Shown piece after piece: positions 1 to 12,154 of a DNA stretch of 64,000 bases (position 1 is its first letter; every line of letters begins with the position of its first letter). The notes under the pieces are model-generated. The model did no database searches. It saw nothing but the letters and a program-made list of their open reading frames with translations, and was not told the origin of the DNA. The stretch lies in the NCBI GenBank assembly GCA_965603825.1, contig CBFDEM010000051.1, positions 62,001 to 126,000 of the forward strand, given 5' to 3'. The translations under genes and the position numbers were made by a program. The DNA is from Blepharisma stoltei ATCC 30299 (taxonomy: Eukaryota; Protista; Ciliophora).

Positions 1-524
1 TGCTGTATTTCAGGATTCACTAAATTTTCTCTTATTTCAAGTCTAATTTTGTCACGTAAATTATCACAACTTGTTTTGATTTTTGTTTCTATTTGTTGTA
101 GCGTAGGTCAGGTATTGGTATGTCTTTCAGACGTATGCAATCTTTCATCAAAAGACAAAATTTTGTTAGAGAGTCAGTTCGTCTTGGTATCAAGATCTTT
201 TGCTAATTGGTCTTGTAGTATTTTATTTTTCTCAAGAAATGAAGTTTCTAATTCTGAAATTATTGTTGAGATTTTGTCTTCAGTCAATTTTATATAGGAA
301 TTATTATCTTTTGTTGATTTTAAAACTTTTTTATGCTTGATAGTGAATTTTTCCTGGAGATCTTTTAGTTGAAATGATAAATTGTTAGAAATTTTTGATT
401 GATAGCAAATTGAATTTTTTATTGTGTTGAATGCTGAAATAATAGGCTGAGGAATATTAAGCCATTCTGTAGTATCTAATTTTTCCAGTTCTTCAATATA
501 ATTAATACCTTCGTTAGATTCCAT
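1..524 (-). CDS. Coiled-coil protein X, copy A (5' part; runs off the left edge of the window)
   Basis: Near-identical to 6785-7308. The ORF 174..524 continues through TGA (Trp) to the window edge. Confidence 0.75.
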
Positions 525-828
525 TTACTAGTCGAATATAATAGTTTTTAGTTATCAAAATACTAAAATTATAAAAACTTTATCATAAGTTTACAGTCCT
601 TCTAAAAACGTAATTTATAAAGAAAACTTTATTCCTTTCCTGACCGAAATAATTCAAATCAATTAGTGATATTACTCATTTCTCGCTTTCATGCATTAAT
701 TTGCAATATTCTAAAGCTATAAAATCAATCAAGACTTGTCCATATGTAGCTTAGTTCAATCATTTAAAGAAACATACCATATAAATCAATAGTTTTTTAA
801 ATTAATTATTAACAATAAAATAATTGAT

Positions 829-2037
829 TTAAGGAGAAACTTGCGCGATATTGGAATTTCCTTGATCTGTTTTCCCTAGATCTTGAGAATTACCAAATTT
901 CTCTAAATCATGCACATTACTTGTTTTATCCCCTTCTTTTATATCATTAATTTTCCAAGGAGATATCGGGTTACTCGTTTTTTCGCTTGCATTATCCTTT
1001 TTTTGCTTTTCTTTAAAGGATTTCCATCTTTTAAGTCCAAAATCAGTCAAAAGTTGTCCAATTATAATAAATAGAACTTCAAGTGCAGCTTGTGGTAAAA
1101 GCACTAAATTTGCCATGGCAGGCCCAGGACAAAAACCAGTTAAACCCCATCCCATCCCAAAAAACGCAGGGCAATAATAATCCCATAATCAATTTGTTTA
1201 TTTGTAGGAACTCCAAATTTTGCACTGCATAATGGTTTTTTTCTGTCTTAAAATCAAGTTAAATGCAACCACATTAATGCTTACTGCAACAGCCATCACA
1301 AATATCAAACTTGGATCCCAGCCATCAGCCATCGTTAAAAATGCGAGAATTTTAGTCCTTCTGCACATTCCTGACAGTAAAAGTCCTAAGCCGAACAAAG
1401 CTCCTGCAAAGCAAGAGACCCATAAGTCGAATTTCCCTATTTTTGTGGTTGCCTTGGATAGAGCGGTGATGATAGCTAGTATTAAAAAGCCAACGAAAAC
1501 TGCTAAATAAACTCAGCCGCTTACTAATCTATAGATATCATAAGCATCACTGCTAACGTCCAAAGTGTCATCTAAAAATGGCTCATAATGCCTCAATGTG
1601 GCAGTTGCAATCCCAAAACCCAAAAATATACAAGTTGCTATAATAGATCTTGGAGAAAATCTAGGGACTCCACATACAGCATGACCACTTGTGCATCCAT
1701 TTCCAAATTTTGTCCCGAAGCCCACAAATAGTCCTCCCACAATCCATCCAGCCACATCTAAATCATCTCCAGCCTCTTCGCCATCAAAAATCTTTTGTCC
1801 ACTAACTTTATGGTCCACCCCCAGCCTAAAGCACACAATTATTCCAATTAGCCCAGTTATAAAACTTATTTTCCATATCAAGCCTTCTTTCTTATTCCAT
1901 GTCGAGATTGTAAAAAGAATTCCACTCATCCCTGTGATTCTTCCCATCACATATAAGTTAATAATCGTTGAAAGTGCTATTAAAAAGCCTCCCAAGCAGG
2001 CAAAACCAACTGCTGTTCCATCCCAGTCGACTCCCAT
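829..2037 (-). pseudogene. YeeE/YedE-family sulfur-compound transporter, frameshifted copy A
   Basis: Same gene as 7622-8842, but with an extra T in the run at ~1236-1242 (giving TAA at 1198), a missing C at ~1171 and a 12-bp deletion near 868. Homopolymer sequencing errors are possible. Confidence 0.7.
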
Positions 2038-2265
2038 GATTTTTATTTGGAGTTGAAAACATGAATTTAAATTTATTAAGTATTCAGTGAAATGGAATAC
2101 CGTATTGAAATATGGAAATATGGGTATTTATTTTATATTATTTTTATAATAGTTAAGTTATTTAAGAGCTAAGAAGGAGTTTTGCAATAAAAACTGATAA
2201 GAATTTTGCTAGAGCCAATAGACTGAGCTTTAATTTTAAACTTGCCCAATCTTAGTAACAATAAT

Positions 2266-3639
2266 ATGGATCCTCACAAAGAAATTCTGAAGAAAATTGA
2301 AGCACAAACCCTCAATATTGCCCAGCTTACATTTGAAAATTTACTTGAAGCAAGCTTTAAATCAATTACAACATTGACTGAAAGCATTAAATGAAACAGA
2401 AACCAAAGACTTGAATCTAATGAATATTTAGCAGAATCAGTTTTACAAAAACATGATATCATTGAGGAATTAAGCAATGTTACTAATACTCAGCAGCGTG
2501 AAATAGAATCACTCCAAAATGATATTGACCAAGCCGATGAGTTGATATATTACAAAACTGAAGAAAATAAGCACATCAACAAAAGGGTAGATCAGCTAAG
2601 CACAGAGGTTGTTTCACTAAAGAAAAATAATAAAAATATGAAGCTAATGGGTGCTGAAAAAGAAAAAGCAATAAAAGGTTTAGAAGCTAAACTTGATAAG
2701 GAAAGTGCAGAAAAGCAAAAAATAATCAAGAATTTAGAAGCAAGAATAAATCAACTAGAATCAAAATTAGATCAGGGGCAAGCAACAATCAAACATTTAG
2801 AGGAAAAACTGAATAAAGAAAATGCTGATAAGCAAGCAATAATCGAGCAATTGGATAAGGAAAAAGTAGATAAGGAAGCAATAATCGAAAAATTGGATAA
2901 GTGCAAAAAAAGAATCAAGCATTTAGAAGCGAAATTTGATATGGAAAATGCAGATCATCAAGCAAATATGAAGTCATTAGTGGAAAAAGATAAGAAAAAA
3001 GATATACAAATTTCCCACTTAGAAGCAAAGCTGAAAAAATCTAGTAAAAAATCCAAATCTCAAGATGAAAAAATCATTGATCAGCAAGCCCTAATAGTTA
3101 ATCAGAATGCCAAAATCTCTGAGCTGCAAGCCCGAATGACTAAGCAGGATGATACTATAAATGAATTAGTTCAGGAAGTTCGAAGGACGAATCAAATATG
3201 ACTAAAAAGTGAAGAAGAGAAAAGTCAAGGTGCCTTTCTTGCTCTTGCACCTCTAACTTTGAGGGAAACGTTTAGAACTCTAAAGAATTACTTATTGAAA
3301 TTCTTTAATAGAAAATGCCAAACGACCATAGATGCACAATTGTCTTTCAATAGCTTATATGCTGTGAAACAGTTTTTATTGCAGCAAGGAAACGAAAATT
3401 CCTATCATCAATGGATGAATGAAGTGTTATCTCAATTTGATATTGATGAAGAGAAGTTCAATAACTGCAAGGGGTTAAACAAGGTGATGAATAAAGAAGT
3501 TCATTGGGAAGGTTTGCTAACATACAGAGCCTTATACGAAATTGGAGAAACCATAAAAATCCCAGCCGCAAAGAAGCTTTATGAAATATTAAAAGGTTTT
3601 ATTCTGTTTCAGAAAGGAAAAGAAGAAGGCACTAATTAA
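2266..3639 (+). CDS. Coiled-coil protein, 457 aa, function unknown
   Basis: ATG at 2266 (MDPHKEIL..) is in frame with ORFs 2542 and 3259 through two TGA (Trp) codons; ends at TAA 3637-3639. Heptad repeats of the form IKxLEAKLDKE. Confidence 0.8.
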
Positions 3640-3818
3640 AAGATTTTATATCTTTCATAAAACTAAAGAGTCAAATAAAAAATATATTTTATTATTTCTT
3701 AAAATTATGCATTCTATTTAAAATGATGTCATTTTTTTAAAAATTTTCAGATTGCTTAAAATCTCTCTTATATATTTATCTTCCTTTTTCCAATATCTCT
3801 AAAAGTATTTAATTAATT

Positions 3819-4915
3819 TTATTTAAAAAATGACCTTGGCTGCCTTGCACTGCTATTTCTTTTTCTTCTTTCTTCATCATTTCTCTGCATTTCTGCAAAA
3901 AATCATCTTCAAGCTCTTGTCTTTCTGCTGGAATCGAATAATGCAAAGGATGGCGAAGCTGCGTCAAGTTATGGACCCTTTAATTTAAAACCTGTGGGGC
4001 TGGGGACATATTTCTTTCATAGCTGATTCTTGGGGGTGTTGAATTTCTGCTAGGTCTTCCACTGCTGGCATCTTCTCTTTTTGGAGTGCTAGTTTCTTTG
4101 CTTTCTTCGACTTCTTGGTATATTTCAAAAGACCGCTGAGACGCTGGCGGGGTCTTGTCTTCTCTAGGCTCTTCTTGGGATTCCATATATTCTAACGGAG
4201 GGGTCGCAGGCTCTTCTTTATAATGATGAGAAGTCTCACCTGTAGACTGATGGAATAAGTTTTCAAAAGGGTCTGGGGAAGCATAATGGGTTTCTTTTGA
4301 CTCTTCCAGTGACTTTTGGTAAGAATTCCATGCGCCTGTGCTCCCAACATCAGAAACCAGACGGTCAGTAGACTGTGGGTGAATATCTACTACAGGGGAA
4401 TAAGAAGGCTCAGGCGGCTCAGCTGGAAATGACAAAGCTTCATAATTAAACGGCTCATATAAATTGTCATTTTCTAATTTTAATTGATTTAGCTGCAAGT
4501 CAAGCTGCTGGATTTCTTCGTCTTTGTCTTGGATTTCTAAATAAAGCATGTCACATTCTTGATGTAAAGCAGAAAGCTCATTACGAAGAGAAGAAATATC
4601 GGTTTGTAGCTCAGAAATTTGTGAGTCGAGAAATGAATTTTTAGGCTGATGAAGGCGGGCTGTGAGGATTTTTATGTCTTCTTCAAGTCTACTGGTTGCT
4701 TCGTGAGACTGAGTTTTATATCTTTTGTATTCTTCTGATACTCTTATGCTGTGGTCTCTTAGTTTTGTGCATTCGCTTGTATGGATTTCGATTTCTCTCT
4801 GCAAATTTTCAGCTTCACAGTTCCGATTGTCGATGTCTGCGTTAAGTTTCTCTATTTTTTGCTGGTCTTTTCGGACCTGACCTTCAGAATCAAGCTTACG
4901 CAATTTTCTTCTCAG
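3819..4915 (-). pseudogene. 3' fragment of coiled-coil (golgin-like) gene Y, copy A
   Basis: Matches 9868-10965. Its 5' end is replaced by OSBP sequence, and there is a GAA>TAA nonsense change at 3980. Confidence 0.85.
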
Positions 4916-5894
4916 GAAATGGATAAACTCTTCAGGCTTCAGAAACCTCTCCTGTTCGATTATTCACAATATCTACTCCTTTATTCCAGGTTCCTTCTAA
5001 TTTATAATGTTCACTGCCATAACAATCATACACACTTCCAGATACTTCTGTAGCTTTCTTAGAAAATCACCCAGTTCTTTTTCAATTAACTTTTGCAAAA
5101 TCACCATTTTCAAGATTTTTTACGTCAACAACTCCATTATGCTCGACCCAAATTTTTCCAAAAATAATATTATGGACACGAGTTTGAGGCTTATTCCAAA
5201 CAAAATGATCATTATGAGGTTTTAATATCAAATGATACTTAGTTTGAGACTCGACCAATAGATGTGTAGCCTTAAAAGTAGTTCTTACCTGAACACTTGC
5301 CCAAAAAATATACTCTTCATGCTCACAATGCAAAGCTGATATAGGAGGATGATGGCTTACTTGTTCCAATAACAAGCGAAAACCATCCTGCTCTAATTCA
5401 AATGTTTCTCCTAATAAAGGGTTAAAAGGCTTCATAGTACGCCATTCACTTGTAGTATAAGAAGTTATAGCAAAGCTTGAAACTAATGCAAGCCTATATC
5501 TAGGATCTGGATGGTCTGCTGCTCTTAATAAAAATTCATTATAAGTTAGATCTTCAGCCCATCTTTGGATAAAGCTTAAAGGCTCGTTAAAATATACAGG
5601 AACTGTAATTTTGCTTAATTCCTGTCCTATAGATTCTTTAACAACTTTCCAAATATTGATTTTTTCATTTGGGTCTCTGAGATGTGGCAGTCTATCTCTA
5701 TGGACCATAATACTTGAAGTTATAGGAGCTTCTATTGGCATGATGACTTCTATTTGTTTAAATTCTTCGAATTTATCTTCAGATATATGGCTTTGGGCGT
5801 CTTCGAAATTATAATTTTCTTCTTCAGCGGGGAAGCTTGTCATAACTTTTTTTTTGTCTTCTTTCACTATATCGATATTGGCTGTCTTCTTCAT
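4896..5894 (-). pseudogene. Oxysterol-binding protein (ORP/OSBP) domain, 3'-truncated at the duplication junction
   Basis: Signature motifs EQVSHHPP, KPFNPLLGETF and PVYFNEPLSF. Reads on through TGA codons (KVNWKRTGWFSKK..LEGTWN..EAWRVYPFPE), then enters gene Y out of frame and stops at TAA 4896. Confidence 0.85.
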
Positions 5895-7308
5895 TGATTT
5901 TTGCTTCTAGCTCATCAGATCCCATGCTTTCTGCTACATTTTTAGGTGTTTTAAAATGCATTGTATTACTAATCAAAGGCATCATGGCTACATCAATTGT
6001 TTTTAATGGAGAAAATTCTGAGGTAAGTGACTCAATTAATTTAAGTAAAGTATTATGAGATCTCATACGTGAATTTTCTTCAGACCTAAGGCGAGCTTCA
6101 AGTGTAAAAAGCCTTGCTTCAGTACCTGACATCCCATCAAGATGACGAAGATTTATAGGTAGCCAGGACAATTTTTCTGATAACTCAATAATATTGCTAT
6201 GAATAATTTCTTTACTTTTATTGAAATTTTTTTCAATTTGTTTTGCGGTGTCTTGCAATTTTGTATTGAATTTCTCTTCTTGTGAATTTATCACGTTGAG
6301 GATTTCTTGCTTTAGGGAAAATAATTGTTCTTGGAATTCATCTGGGAAAGGCGAAGAAGAAATTTCAAGCTTGAGTTCTTCAGCTTTGGAAGGAGAAGGC
6401 TTAATTGTGGGGGATTTTGTGATTTTTCGATTAAATTTTTTTAATTTTGAAATTTCGCCATGAATTTCATCAATAATCCCTTGAAAATTATCTATTTCAT
6501 CTTTTATTTTGTCAATGTAATTATTAGTTTTCATATCTTTTTCATCAAAAACTTCTCTCATAATTCTCATCTTTTTCCTTAATTTCTTCTTTTTCTCAGC
6601 AAGATTAAAAATTTTCTCTTCAATTTCATTAGATTTTTCGATTATTTTTTCTTCCAAAATTTTCTTATTTTCCATTACAAATTCATTTGATTCGCTCAAT
6701 ATTTTTTCTTCCATTGCCATAAGCCTATCTTCAAAATTTCTATTTAAATTTTACGATCTGACTATATTAATTTGTCTATTAACTTGCTGTATTTCAGGAT
6801 TCACTAAATTTTCTCTTATTTCAAGCCTAATTTTGTCACGTAAATTATCACAACTTGTTTTGATTTTTGTTTCTATTTGTTGTAGCGTAGGTCAGGTATT
6901 GGTATGTCTTTCAGACTTATGCAATCTTTCATCAAAAGACAAAAGTTTGTTAGAGAGTCAGTTCGTCTTGGTATCAAGATCTTTTGCTAATTGGTCTTGT
7001 AGTATTTTATTTTTCTCAAGAAATGAAGTTTCTAATTCTGAAATTATTGTTGAGATTTTGTCTTCAGTCAATTTTATATAGGAATTATTATCTTTTGTTG
7101 ATTTTAAAACTTTTTTATGCTTGATAGTGAATTTTTCCTGGAGATCTTTTAGTTGAAATGATAAATTGTTAGAAATTTTTGATTGATAGCAAATTGAATT
7201 TTTTATTGTGTTGAATGCTGAAATAATAGGCTGAGGAATATTAAGCCATTCTGCAGTATCTAATTTTTCCAGTTCTTCAATATAATTAATACCTTCGTTA
7301 GATTCCAT
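5809..7308 (-). CDS. Coiled-coil protein X, copy B (~494 aa, one 15-nt intron)
   Basis: ORFs 6958..7308 and 5824..6720 join through two TGA (Trp) codons and removal of intron 6740-6754. The frame ends at TAA 5809. The 3' end overlaps the OSBP frame and is uncertain. Confidence 0.7.
6740..6754 (-). other. 15-nt spliceosomal intron GTAAAATTTAAATAG
   Basis: GT..AG, 15 nt, A at position 10. It contains the only in-frame TAA, and its removal restores the frame (..VRS-NFEDRL..). Confidence 0.85.
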
Positions 7309-7621
7309 TTACTAGTCGAATATAATAGTTTTTAGTTATCAAAATACTAAAATTATAAAAACTTTATCTTAAGTTTACAGTCCTTCTACAAACGTAATTT
7401 ATAAAGAAAATTTTATTCCTTTCCTGACTGAAATAATTCAAATCAAATAGTGATATTACTCATTTTCTCATTTTCTCGCTTTCATGCATTAATTTACAAT
7501 ATTCTAAAGCTATAAAATCAATCAAGACTTGTCCATATGTAGCTTAGTTCAATCAATTAAAGAAACATACCATATAAATCAATAGTTTTTTAAATTAATT
7601 ATTAACAATAAAACAATTGAT

Positions 7622-8842
7622 TTAAGGAGAAACTTGCGCGATATTGGAATTTCCTTGATCTTGGTTATTATCTGTTTTCCCTAGATCTTGAGAATTACCA
7701 AATTTCTCTAAATCATGCACATTACTTGTTTTATCCCCTTCTTTTATATCATTAATTTTCCCAGGAGATATCGGATTACTCGTTTTTTCGCTTACATTAT
7801 CTTTTTTTTGCTTTTCTTTAAAAGATTTCCATCTTTTAAGTCCAAAATCAGTCAAAAGTTGTCCAATTATAATAAATAGAACTTCAAGTGCAGCTTGTGG
7901 TAAAAGCACTAAATTTGCCATGGCAGGCCCAGGGCAAAAACCAGTTAAACCCCATCCCATCCCAAAAAACGCAGGGCCAATAATAATCCCATAATCAATT
8001 TGTTTATTTGTAGGAACTCCAAATTTTGCACTGCATAATGGTTTTTTCTGTCTTAAAATCAAGTTAAATGCAACCACATTAATGCTTACTGCAACAGCCA
8101 TCACAAATATCAAACTTGGATCCCAGCCATCAGCCATCGTTAAAAATGCGAGAATTTTAGTCCTTCTGCACATTCCTGACAGTAAAAGTCCTAAGCCGAA
8201 CAAAGCTCCTGCAAAGCAAGAGACCCATAAGTCGAATTTCCCTATTTTTGTGGTTGCCTTGGATAGAGCGGTGATGATAGCTAGTATTAAAAAGCCAACG
8301 AAAACTGCTAAATAAACTCAGCCGCTTACTAATCTATAGATATCATAAGCATCACTGCTAACGTCCAAAGTGTCATCTAAAAATGGCTCATAATGCCTCA
8401 ATGTGGCAGTTGCAATCCCAAAACCCAAAAATATACAAGTTGCAATAATAGATCTTGGAGAAAATCTAGGGACTCCACATACAGCATGACCACTTGTGCA
8501 TCCATTTCCAAATTTTGTCCCAAAGCCCACAAATAGTCCTCCCACAATCCATCCAGCCACATCTAAATCATCTCCAGCCTCTTCGCCATCAAAAATCTTT
8601 TGTCCACTAACTTTATGGTCCACCCCCAGCCTAAAGCACACAATTATTCCAATTAGCCCAGTTATAAAACTTATTTTCCATATCAAGCCTTCTTTCTTAT
8701 TCCATGTCGAGATTGTAAAAAGAATTCCACTCATCCCTGTGATTCTTCCCATCACATATAAGTTAATAATCGTTGAAAGTGCTATTAAAAAGCCTCCCAA
8801 GCAGGCAAAACCAACTGCTGTTCCATCCCAGTCTACTCCCAT
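7622..8842 (-). CDS. YeeE/YedE-family (thiosulfate/sulfur-compound) transporter, two fused halves, 406 aa
   Basis: Motifs GRITGMSG and GNGCTSGHAVCG in the first half, WDPSL and GLTGFCPGP in the second. The halves are joined in frame through TGA (Trp) at 8318. Confidence 0.85.
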
Positions 8843-9591
8843 GATTTTTATTTGGAGTCGAAAACATGAATTTAAATTTATTAAATATTCAGTGAAATGG
8901 AATACCGTATTGAAATATGGAAATATGGGTATTTATTTTATACGATTTTTATAATAGTTAAGCTATTTAAGAGCTAAGAAGGAGTTTTGCAATAAAAATT
9001 GGATAATATAGAAAAGGAAAATAAAGGCTTTTCTGCTTTTGAGAAAAATTTAAAAAATTATTATTTTTTAAATTTTTATGTTTTATTACTATTTTTTGCT
9101 TTTTCTTATGTTGATTAATTAAAAGATTTATAGGATAGCTTGGCAGCAATGCAATGCAATCCAATTAAATGGATATCATTTTTAGCACATAAAGTAGCTA
9201 TGATCAATATAGTTCTAGATATAAATTAATTGAAGCAAGCTTAAAATTCATTTGCGATTTTAGTATCAGCTTCTTCAGATTATGAAGCCCATGAATTTCT
9301 TTATATTTTAATTTCTCAAGTTTTCTAAATAGATCATTTAGCTTATAAAATGTTTTTTATTATAACCAAAATCTATGCTTTGCATCTACTTAATTTCAAA
9401 TTAAGTTATTTATCAAATTGCTTTATAAATGCAATTTTAAAATCATTAGCAACTGCCTAAAATGCTTTCCTCATTATATACTTTCAATTCGATTTTTCTA
9501 CTTTCAGTCATATAAATTCCATATTGAAGCTTTTTAAAAAAATTAAAATTTCTTATAGTCTATTAAAATTTAAACACACCCAATCTTACTA

Positions 9592-9687
9592 GGAAGAAAC
9601 CTAAAAATCCCAGCCGCAAAGAAGCTTTATGAAATATTAAAAGGTTTTATTCTGTTTAAGAAAGAAAAAGAAGAAGGCACTAATTAA
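9592..9687 (+). pseudogene. Remnant (last ~30 codons) of the 2266-3639 coiled-coil gene
   Basis: Matches 3545-3639 and is directly preceded by 'cccaatctta', the sequence just upstream of the ATG in copy A. Confidence 0.8.
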
Positions 9688-9867
9688 AAGATTTTATATC
9701 TTTCATAAAACTAAAGAGTCAAATAAAGAATATATATATTTTATTATTTCTTAAAATTATGCATTCTATTTAAAATGATGTATATTTTTTAAAATTTCAG
9801 ATTGCTTAAATCTCTCTTATATATTTATCTTCCTTTTTCCAATATCTCTAAAAGTATTTAATTAATT

Positions 9868-11454
9868 TTATTCAAAAAATGACCTTGGCTGCCTTGCACT
9901 GCTATTTCTTTTTCTTCTTTCTTCATCATTTCTCTGCATTTCTGCAAAAAAATCATCTTCAAGCTCTTGTCTTTCTGCTGGAATCGAATAATGCAAAGGA
10001 TGGCGAAGCTGCGTCAAGTTATGGACCCTTTCATTTAAAACCTGTGGGGCTGGGGACATATTTCTTTCATAGCTGATTCTTGGGGGTGTTGAATTTCTAC
10101 TAGGTCTTCCGCTGCTGGCATCTTCTCTTTTTGGGGTCCCAGTTTCTTTGCTTTCTTCGACTTCTTGGTATATTTCAAAAGATCGCTGAGATGCTGGCGG
10201 GGTCTTGTCTTCTCTAAGCTCTTCTTGGGATTCCATATATTCTAACGGAGGAGTTGCAGGCTCTTCTTTATAATGATGGGAGGTCTCACCTGTAGACTGA
10301 TGGAATAAGTTCTCAAAAGGGTCTGGGGAAGCATAATGGGCTTCTTTTGACTCTTCCAATGACTTTTGGTAAGAATTCCATGCGCCTGTGCTCCCGACAT
10401 CAGAAACCAGGCGGTCAGTAGATTGTGGGTGTATATCTACTACAGGAGAATAAGAAGGCTCAGGTGGCTCAGCTGGAAATGACAAAGCTTCATAATTAAA
10501 CGGCTCATATAAATTGTCATTTTCTAATTTTAATTGATTTAGCTGCAAGTCAAGCTGCTGGATTTCTTCGTCTTTGTCTTGGATTTCTAAATAAAGCATG
10601 TCACATTCTTGATGTAAAGCAGAAAGCTCATTGCGAAGAGAAGAAATATCGGTTTGGAGCTCAGAAATTTGTGAGTCGAGAAATGAATTTTTAGGCTGAT
10701 GAAGGCGGGCTGTGAGGATTTTTATGTCTTCTTCAAGTCTACTGGTTGCTTCGTGAGACTGAGTTTTATATCTTTTGTACTCTTCTGATACTCTTATGCT
10801 ATGGTCTCTTAGTTTTGTGCATTCCCTTGTATGGATTTCGATTTCTCTCTGCAAATTTTCAGCTTCACAGTTCCGATTGTCGATGTCTGCATTAAGTTTC
10901 TCTATTTTTTGCTGGTCTTTTCTGACCTGGCCTTCAGAATCAAGCTTGCGCAATTTTCCTCTCAGCTCTTTTAGTTCTTCTTCCATTAACTTTCCTTTGT
11001 TTTTCTCATTTTCTAGTTCCATTTCTAATGTCAAGCATTGGACTTTAGCTGATTCAGCTTCTTTTTGCTTTGTGGTTAGCTGCTTTGTAAGTGATGATAA
11101 GTCTTCCCACTGCAATGAGTCACTTTGAATAGAAGAAGTGTCAATTGATTTAAATGTAAACTCTGAGCCTTCTGATTGCTGAATTTCTGTGGCAGGAGGA
11201 GAAGCCGAGAGTTGCTTAATATGTGCTTTTTCTTCTATAATTTCTGGGTTTTCAGGGATTACTTGGGTTTTTATAGGCTCAATAGGCACTTCTTGAGAAT
11301 GTGGTTGGGATGAAATAGGCTGAGGAGGAAGAGATCGATTAACTGGACGATTTAAGCGGCGATTCCCCGTTTTTTGTCGAAATTCTCTGAACTCTTTAAG
11401 CTTTGAGTCTCTGATTGGAAGTTACCTAATAAGTTTTGCCTGATTGGGGTTCAT
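9868..11454 (-). CDS. Coiled-coil protein Y (~523 aa, possibly golgin-like), one 15-nt intron
   Basis: ATG at 11454 (MNPNQAKLIRDSKLKEFREFRQK) is in frame with ORF 9868..11289 once intron 11411-11425 is removed. Long central coiled coil and an acidic/Pro-rich C-terminus. Confidence 0.75.
11411..11425 (-). other. 15-nt spliceosomal intron GTAACTTCCAATCAG
   Basis: GT..AG, 15 nt, A at position 10; removes an in-frame TAA. Confidence 0.8.
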
Positions 11455-12154
11455 TTATATAAACTTATAATTATGAGTTTATATAACTAGGTGCACTTAT
11501 AGCAGGCCGAAGCTATAATTGTAACAAGATTTTCTATAAAAGTATCAGTGATTCATTTGAAAATTAGATTTTAATGAGATTTCAACAAATATTTTGATAA
11601 TTTTATTTATCTGAAGCTATTTAAGTAAAAGGATGAAATATATAGCAATAAATCAGATTGTGATATAATAAAATATTAAAATCGCATAAAATATTTATCA
11701 ATCGAGTTCCTTAATTTTCCTCTGTGAAAATAAATATTTAGATTTTAGAAACTAACATAATGAAACATCCAGGCTATTTATTCCATCAAATAATCAAAAT
11801 TTATTATTAAAATAATTCATAACTTGCGCCAAAGGGTTTTTTATTAATATATCATCCTTTATTAAAAGTTAAATTTAAGAGTTTCTAAAGCAGAATTTAT
11901 AAAAAAAAAATTAAAATATTAGACATTAAAATCTTAATAAGTTATATTAGTGATCTCATATCAAATTTCTTAAAATAAATTCCGACATGATTTCACCTTT
12001 AATTTTATATTTTCTTATCACTAAAAATCAGAAGAATTCTTATAAATCAAGAGGAAAATAAATATTGCATCATACTCTTATTTCTGACAAAACGGCTTTG
12101 CTAATTTAAAATATCTCAATTCTTGCAATTATAATAATACTCAAAATATATATA

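Larger units (their letters stand above)
1..4915. repeat. Segmental tandem duplication, copy A (partner is 6785-10965, offset ~6784 bp)
   Basis: 1-2193 matches 6785-8998 and 3545-4915 matches 9592-10965 with few substitutions. The right junction is at 'ctcag' 4911-4915. Confidence 0.95.
6785..10965. repeat. Segmental tandem duplication, copy B
   Basis: Direct alignment with 1-4915; the two copies differ internally (8999-9591 versus 2194-3544). Confidence 0.95.

Noticed and set aside
2258-3544. Segment missing from copy B as an IES or mobile insertion in copy A
   Set aside because: The right boundary lacks TA, there are no terminal inverted repeats, and copy B keeps the gene's 3' end, so a deletion in B is simpler.
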